From: a virus
Taxonomy: Duplodnaviria > Heunggongvirae > Uroviricota > Caudoviricetes
Strand: one strand, 5' to 3'
Length of the DNA stretch: 64,000 nt
IMG/VR virus record: IMGVR_UViG_3300028591_000080
Coordinates: 159,745 to 223,744 of that record
Shown piece by piece: positions 58,568 through 64,000 of the stretch. Each line of letters starts with the position of its first letter. Within the stretch, counting starts at the first letter, position 1. The position numbers were made by a program, and so were the translations under genes. The notes beneath the pieces are model-generated. The model made no database searches, was not told the origin of the DNA, and saw only the letters and a list, made by a program, of their open reading frames with translations.

Positions 58568-59509
58568 TTATACAATAAAATCTTCTTTTTTATAGCCATT
58601 TTTATAAAACCAATCTAAATATTTCTGATAGTCTGACTCAGTTAAAATTTTAACATTATTATTTATTGCACACCAGTATTTCGCTTCTACTAGACCAGAA
58701 TTTTCTGCATCGAATGGATTATACCAAACTCCATGCTCATTAATAAAACATTTGCCTTTTATCTCAACCAACTGGCCTTTAATACTAAAGTCTGGGTAAT
58801 ATTCATGAGTGACTCCATCATAATAATAAATCAATTTTATAGGTTCACGTATAATTTCTATATTATTTTTTATACAATATAAATATAAACATAACTCAGG
58901 AAAAGAATCAAATGATATATTTTTATAATTAAATTTATTTGATAGTCCGTGTCGTACACCATAGCGTAATTCCATAGTATCAAAAGCTTTAGTTTTAAAA
59001 ATATCTAATTCAAATGGATGAGATACGCCATATTTAGTTTGCATGCCACCCTCCCTAAATTCAGCCAACTTAAGTGGATTATCAACACCATATTTTTTAA
59101 TACAAGTATTTTTATATGATTCTTTATAAGTATCCGTTTTAGAATAATGTGTTACACCAAAATGTTCTAAATAAGTTTTTTCTTTTGTAAGTTTGACTAT
59201 CTCTGCTTTTGATGGGTTATCTACACCATACTTTTTAATATTTGATTCTTTTATTTTTTGTTTTATAGTATCAGCTGCAAAAGCGTTAGTTACTCCATAT
59301 TTTTTTAAACAAGTCTGTATATAAGCTTGCTTATACAATATTTTATTTTCTTCATTAGTATGTCTTGAAATATTATACTTTTGTAAAACTCTTAAGATTC
59401 TTGGGATGAAATGACAATTAAAATGAGTACCAGTATTGCTATCAGTATGAGTTTTATAATATTCGATTATTTCTAATTCTTCTTGCTCAGTAAATTCTTT
59501 TCTAGCCAT
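58568..59509 (-). CDS. tandem-repeat (KKYGVxNP x6) protein with C-terminal PD-(D/E)xK nuclease-like domain (homing-endonuclease-like)
   Basis: Six roughly 30-aa modules (CLKKYGVTNAF, NIKKYGVDNPS, LEHFGVTHYS, CIKKYGVDNPL, QTKYGVSHPF, ELRYGVRHGL); C-terminal HEYYPDF...LVEIKG resembles the nuclease domain of 48758..49546. Confidence 0.5.
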   Translation of the reverse strand: MARKEFTEQEELEIIEYYKTHTDSNTGTHFNCHFIPRILRVLQKYNISRHTNEENKILYKQAYIQTCLKKYGVTNAFAADTIKQKIKESNIKKYGVDNPSKAEIVKLTKEKTYLEHFGVTHYSKTDTYKESYKNTCIKKYGVDNPLKLAEFREGGMQTKYGVSHPFELDIFKTKAFDTMELRYGVRHGLSNKFNYKNISFDSFPELCLYLYCIKNNIEIIREPIKLIYYYDGVTHEYYPDFSIKGQLVEIKGKCFINEHGVWYNPFDAENSGLVEAKYWCAINNNVKILTESDYQKYLDWFYKNGYKKEDFIV

Positions 59510-59566
59510 GTCGTGTTCTCCTTAAAAATAAAAGGTTAGATGAGAACACGACTAATCATCTAACCT
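59510..59566 (-). promoter_or_regulatory. 5' leader hairpin/terminator with loop complementarity to the downstream SD region (pseudoknot or attenuator) for 58568..59509
   Basis: Stem aggttagatga/tcatctaacct plus U-run; loop gtcgtgttc(tc) is the exact reverse complement of gagaacacgac, which overlaps the AAGGAG RBS. Confidence 0.5.
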
Positions 59567-59689
59567 TGTATATAAAAATATCCGAAGATATAATTACTTA
59601 ATATTATACAATTTATTTTTGCCGTGTTCTATATAGTCTTTCAACTACATATAATTTAGCAGATCATTTTTTAATATTTTTTTAATTTT

Positions 59690-60268
59690 TTAATGTTTTT
59701 TCTTACCATCAAGTAGAGCATACACAGAAGAATTATTATATTTATATTGTCCATTTAACTCTTGATCTACTTTAATTAGCCCTTTTTTAACATAAGCACA
59801 TAAGGTAGGTCTAGTAATATGTAATATTTCCATTACTTCCTCTGCTTTTAAACTTCTATTATAGTAATATTTTATTGCATTATTCATATTTATCCTATCA
59901 CAAGAATTTACTGTGTTACTTGATGCTAGATCAACTTCATGCATGAATTGATTTAGTTGATTTTCAAATTCAATTTTATTTTCTATTGTCTCTGGTTGAT
60001 ATAATGCATACCAAAAATTTACTGTAAAATAACCAGCATATACATTATTACATCTACCACATCCGCTAGGAACATTTATATAATCTTCATCCGCAATTAT
60101 TTCACCTTTGTCTTGTCTTTCTTTTATTTTTAAACAGTATTCATAAATACCATTATAGCCAGACTCTGATGCAGGTCTACGTCCGAATCTAGCATAATAG
60201 TCATTCATGACTTTTTCTAATGCAACCGTTTTGGGGTAATTTAAATTTAATTTTTCTGATAAATTCAT
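59690..60268 (-). CDS. DNA-binding protein with C-terminal MerR/AlpA-type helix-turn-helix
   Basis: VMEILHITRPTLCAYVKKGLIKV helix-turn-helix, similar to 34706..35077. Confidence 0.45.
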   Translation of the reverse strand: MNLSEKLNLNYPKTVALEKVMNDYYARFGRRPASESGYNGIYEYCLKIKERQDKGEIIADEDYINVPSGCGRCNNVYAGYFTVNFWYALYQPETIENKIEFENQLNQFMHEVDLASSNTVNSCDRINMNNAIKYYYNRSLKAEEVMEILHITRPTLCAYVKKGLIKVDQELNGQYKYNNSSVYALLDGKKKH

Positions 60269-60287
60269 ATCTTAAAAATCCTTTCTT

Positions 60288-62966
60288 TTATAAATTTATT
60301 TGAACTGACTTATTACTTACACAGTCATATACTATGACTCTTTTTATATTTAAGTCACTTCTTTTTGTAGATAAATAATGGTAAGCTAGGACTTGCTTTA
60401 ACATTTTTAAGTTAATTTCATTTGTAGTTTTAACATCTAAAATAGTATCTTCTGTGATATAATCTGCTAATCCGGAAATATGCTTTATTGACAAATTTGG
60501 ATCAATATTATCTATAGCTTCACTATTTTTATATAAATTTTCTTTGATGAAATCGGCAGTTTTTGTGCCTAATTCAACTACAGTGTTTACAAAAGTATCA
60601 TACTCAGTTTGAATTAACTGAGAAACGCTTATAGTTTTAATAATTTTACTTAATGTCTGCCCATATGAATTACACATCATTTGTCTATATTTAAGCATGC
60701 AAGCTCTAATAATTAATCTATCATTTGTAAAAGAAGCATCTTTTATTTTAGCTTCTTTTCTAGCTAAGTCTAAGAAATGTTCTAAATAGGAATTACCATA
60801 AACTAAATATTTAGAATAATACTCTACACAGTATCCCAAGCAGCTATTACATTTTGTATCAAAATTAAATTTATTTTTTCCTGTAAACAAATACTGTTTT
60901 GCATTCTCAATCTCATTATTATATTTTTTAGATAAGAATGTTCCGAATTTAGAATATTGACTAATTTTGCTACTGACAGCCTTATCTTCGATCCAAATAA
61001 CTTTATTATTATCATCTTTCACTGCCTTCATTCTATCAACACCAACAATAGCACTTTCTCTATCATTAATTACTTTTTTATAATTTTTATAAGAGGTCTG
61101 AGTTAAATCATTCACATCCACATAATGAGCAAACTTTCCTTGCAATACGAGTTTATTATTTTTATTTCTATCAATAGAAAATAGTTTTATTTTTCTGTCA
61201 ACCTTAGCTTTAAAATTGTCTATATAAATATTTTCTATCAACTTATGTTCAATTTTCTGCTCAAATATATTATTTCGTATGAAATCGTGACTATTTAAAT
61301 CCAAGTAAAGAAATTTAATATATTCATCTAATTGTTCTTTAGCTGACTCCTCAGTTTTATAGTATCTGGTAGTGATACTAAAATAATGTTTAAAGAAATC
61401 CTCTGAAGAAAATTTAGTAGCCTGAAAATCTTGTTCGAAAGTAAGACCAGCACAAGTTAATGTTTTTATTCCATATCTTCCTTTTTTAGTTTTTTGTACA
61501 GCTGAATTTCTTATGTCTTCTATTGTGTTATCGATTAATTTATAAACATCATTAACATATTTTTTCGTTCTTTTTACTATGATAGAAGTTGTTTCATAAA
61601 GGTCTAATAGTGTAACTTCTTCTACATGATTACCTCTTACCCAATCAAATTTTTCAACCTGGTATTTTTTTGGTGTTAATTTTTGTAAGTCAGTTAGTCG
61701 ATAAATACGAGGAAAACTTTTATCAAGATTTCCATCCAATAATTGAATTAGTAATTCATTGCCTGCAGTACATTTACTATAGAAGTTTCCCTCTGGCTTG
61801 ATAACGTTGAAACCAGTTTTTTCATCAACTAAAACTTCATAATAACCTGTTTCGTTCTCAAGTTCTATTATCTTTAGTCCATTATCCATTATTCCCTTAT
61901 TAACATAAATTTTACTGTTAGGTTTTAATTTTTCTACTGAAATAATATCACAAAATTCTGTCTGTAATTCTCCATTTTCGTCAGTATCTACTTTCATATT
62001 CTCGACATTATAATAAACATAACATTGTCTAGTACTTGCTAATAGTTTTTTATTTGAGCTATCAAAAATATTAATGTCATTTCTATATAGCAAAGCATTT
62101 CTTCTTGATCGACCTATAACTTGAATTGTTGTAGCACTATTTGATGGCTGATTGTCCATATATATCACATGGCATCTTCTTAAATCAATACCTTCAGTAA
62201 TTTTAAATTTATTAATTATAACATCATATTCGTTATCATCTTTACATAACTCGGACATATCATAATTTTCATCAATAATATTTTTATATCTTAAATTATA
62301 TTTATCACATAAAGCAATTAAGTCATTTACAAAAGTTTTTTTATCAATTAGTCTGAATAATGCACAAGGATTATAGTTCGCTACATTCTTATGCGCTTTT
62401 TTTACTTCTAATAGCTTCAAAATTGCATCTTCAATCGTTCCAGTTTCTTGGTGCACAGTTCTTAACATCATGGTATTTGTAAAATTACAGCTAATATTTG
62501 CTTGTCGCAAAGTCGCACTTATATTTATTGTTTTATAGCATTTGCTAATTAATAATTCTTCAAATTTATTAGTATTAATATGACCATCATCTCTTAGCCA
62601 GATACATTTGCTATTCTTAGGGATTCGACCTAGGATATCTGCAGCCTTTAACTTTGAATTTATTTTATAATCGCAAGAACCGTAAACATAAAAATTATCT
62701 TTAATAATATCTTTATTAAGACCTTGTATAATTTGATTATTTAATTGTCCTTTAGATAGTGTAGTTATAATAAAATAATAATTTTCATTTGATGAAGAAT
62801 TTAGTTTATTGATAAATTTACTGATCATTTTTGTTTTACCAGTGCCGGTAGGTGATTGAAAGTTAATATACTTATTAACGGTATCATTGTTCATATATTT
62901 AATTAACTCATCTACATAAAAATCTTGTGTGTCATTTATTTCTTTAAAAGCTTCCTCTTTAGTCAT
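60288..62966 (-). CDS. SF2 helicase (N-terminal half) with large C-terminal extension ending in a PD-(D/E)xK-like motif
   Basis: Walker A FQSPTGTGKT, DEAH-like WLRDDGH, motif VI QVIGRSRRN; C-terminal ILDVKTT. Confidence 0.6.
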   Translation of the reverse strand: MTKEEAFKEINDTQDFYVDELIKYMNNDTVNKYINFQSPTGTGKTKMISKFINKLNSSSNENYYFIITTLSKGQLNNQIIQGLNKDIIKDNFYVYGSCDYKINSKLKAADILGRIPKNSKCIWLRDDGHINTNKFEELLISKCYKTINISATLRQANISCNFTNTMMLRTVHQETGTIEDAILKLLEVKKAHKNVANYNPCALFRLIDKKTFVNDLIALCDKYNLRYKNIIDENYDMSELCKDDNEYDVIINKFKITEGIDLRRCHVIYMDNQPSNSATTIQVIGRSRRNALLYRNDINIFDSSNKKLLASTRQCYVYYNVENMKVDTDENGELQTEFCDIISVEKLKPNSKIYVNKGIMDNGLKIIELENETGYYEVLVDEKTGFNVIKPEGNFYSKCTAGNELLIQLLDGNLDKSFPRIYRLTDLQKLTPKKYQVEKFDWVRGNHVEEVTLLDLYETTSIIVKRTKKYVNDVYKLIDNTIEDIRNSAVQKTKKGRYGIKTLTCAGLTFEQDFQATKFSSEDFFKHYFSITTRYYKTEESAKEQLDEYIKFLYLDLNSHDFIRNNIFEQKIEHKLIENIYIDNFKAKVDRKIKLFSIDRNKNNKLVLQGKFAHYVDVNDLTQTSYKNYKKVINDRESAIVGVDRMKAVKDDNNKVIWIEDKAVSSKISQYSKFGTFLSKKYNNEIENAKQYLFTGKNKFNFDTKCNSCLGYCVEYYSKYLVYGNSYLEHFLDLARKEAKIKDASFTNDRLIIRACMLKYRQMMCNSYGQTLSKIIKTISVSQLIQTEYDTFVNTVVELGTKTADFIKENLYKNSEAIDNIDPNLSIKHISGLADYITEDTILDVKTTNEINLKMLKQVLAYHYLSTKRSDLNIKRVIVYDCVSNKSVQINL

Positions 62967-63126
62967 ATAAAAAAATCACTCCTTAATTGTACCATGTTTA
63001 TTTTACATTATATTATACAATTAAAAGTGATTATTTTTTAATATTTTTTTAATTTTTTAATATTTTATTTTCGGCCACCATCTAGTTTATAGTTCTAGAA
63101 AACTTTACTTTATATTATACAATATA

Positions 63127-64000
63127 TTATTCAATAAACTTTGTGTTTTCACCAACTTGATCATTAGACTCTATCTTAATAGTTTCTTTACCAGTTAACT
63201 TAAGTTTTAAATAACCTTTTCTAACATCAAATGGCATAAATACACCAGAGTACTCTTCACATTCAAGAGTCTCTTGATCAATCAGTGTGAACTTATTACC
63301 ATGGTTGTCTTTAATAACAGTTCCAACAGGAAGAGTATTAATATAAGCTTTTCTTCCTACATAGTTAATCTTATAATCAAAATTAGGATATAATTTAAAA
63401 AACTTATTTGCTAATTCTGGCAAGTGCTTTCTAAGACACTCAGCTAAATATGGAAGGGTTTCAGTTTGATAACTTCTTATTGGCTTACGATCAAAGATTG
63501 TTAATGGTGTTTCAACAAATAATCTATATAATAAACCATCTTTACTTAAATCTTCTAAGTCAGTCTTTAAAATAAAACTTGGATCACAGCCACCAAAAGG
63601 AACATGAAGTGCAACTTCTAAACCAGAAGGTAATTTGAAGAAATTGAAATCCCAATTTCTATCGTCAGGTCTGCGTTCTCTTATCTCTATAGTATGAAGA
63701 TTTATATAAACATAATCACCCATAACACCAAGTAAATTATGAGATGCAGGTCTCTCTAATTTATCATAAGCTGGATCTTCTTTATATTTCCACTTAAAGT
63801 CAGAATATTTACTAGCATACTTAGTAAAACCTTTTACTTTGCTCAAATGTCCATAAATACATTTTGTACTTGCAAAACCACTTGTTACTTTAAGACAGGT
63901 ATTATTCTTATAAAAAGAACATGAATCACAGTGGTCACAAGAGATTATTTCAGCTCTTAATGGACAACCACGATCTCCGCTTCCATAAAGTGAAACATTA
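63127..64000 (-). CDS. hypothetical Cys-rich protein, N-terminus beyond the window edge (partial)
   Basis: The frame stays open upstream of the track's Met to position 64000 (…CPLRAEIISCDHCDSC…IYGHLSKVKGFTKYAS…). Confidence 0.45.
   Translation of the reverse strand, partial: NVSLYGSGDRGCPLRAEIISCDHCDSCSFYKNNTCLKVTSGFASTKCIYGHLSKVKGFTKYASKYSDFKWKYKEDPAYDKLERPASHNLLGVMGDYVYINLHTIEIRERRPDDRNWDFNFFKLPSGLEVALHVPFGGCDPSFILKTDLEDLSKDGLLYRLFVETPLTIFDRKPIRSYQTETLPYLAECLRKHLPELANKFFKLYPNFDYKINYVGRKAYINTLPVGTVIKDNHGNKFTLIDQETLECEEYSGVFMPFDVRKGYLKLKLTGKETIKIESNDQVGENTKFIE

Overview
This 64 kb window is AT-rich (about 30 % GC) and looks like part of a large virulent-type phage genome from a low-GC Gram-positive-like host, judging by AGGAGG ribosome-binding sites and TTTACA-17 bp-TATAAT promoters. 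All of the roughly 100 credible genes are on the minus strand; the plus-strand ORFs in the track are antisense artefacts.

Layout, left to right:
- 1-15.6 kb: about 35 small, acidic, unknown 'early' genes. Each sits behind its own copy of a conserved cassette in which a sigma-A-type promoter is embedded in an intrinsic-terminator hairpin.
- 15.6-16.5 kb: a 0.9 kb non-coding hub with iterons, a palindrome family, a GC-rich patch, and a plus-strand promoter/terminator pair that brackets a possible small RNA.
- 16.5-21.9 kb: a tandem array of four paralogous 350-380 aa genes.
- 22-28 kb: a GIY-YIG homing endonuclease cluster, DAHP synthase, dCMP deaminase and an ATP-dependent DNA ligase.
- 28-37 kb: a minimal GGDEF protein, a PPP-family phosphoesterase, a flotillin/SPFH protein and helix-turn-helix proteins.
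- 37.6-44.7 kb: an NAD+ island with PncA, PncB, a CinA/PncC-like domain, NadE, two Nudix proteins (one NrtR-like), a P-loop kinase and a GNAT.
- 45-64 kb: a radical SAM protein, a CCA-adding enzyme, a (p)ppGpp-hydrolase-like HD protein, an AEP primase-polymerase, an RNA-ligase-family enzyme, PD-(D/E)xK nuclease-like genes, and an SF2 helicase with a nuclease-like tail.

The most unusual observation concerns TGA. None of the roughly 95 ordinary genes ends in TGA; all use TAA or TAG. Yet at least 17 in-frame TGA codons occur in six genes. Each sits where a Trp is expected, including the conserved Trp of the GIY-YIG motif. Reading through the TGA restores two full-length proteins whose C-termini match paralogs or known domains. 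This argues for TGA=Trp decoding (genetic code 4, or suppressor-dependent recoding) in a genome that otherwise encodes Trp as TGG.

The second highlight is a deamidated-route NAD+ salvage island with an ADP-ribose-sensing-type regulator. It is a candidate counter-measure to NAD+-depleting immunity.

Coordinates I derived myself, rather than from the ORF track, are approximate to a few nucleotides.
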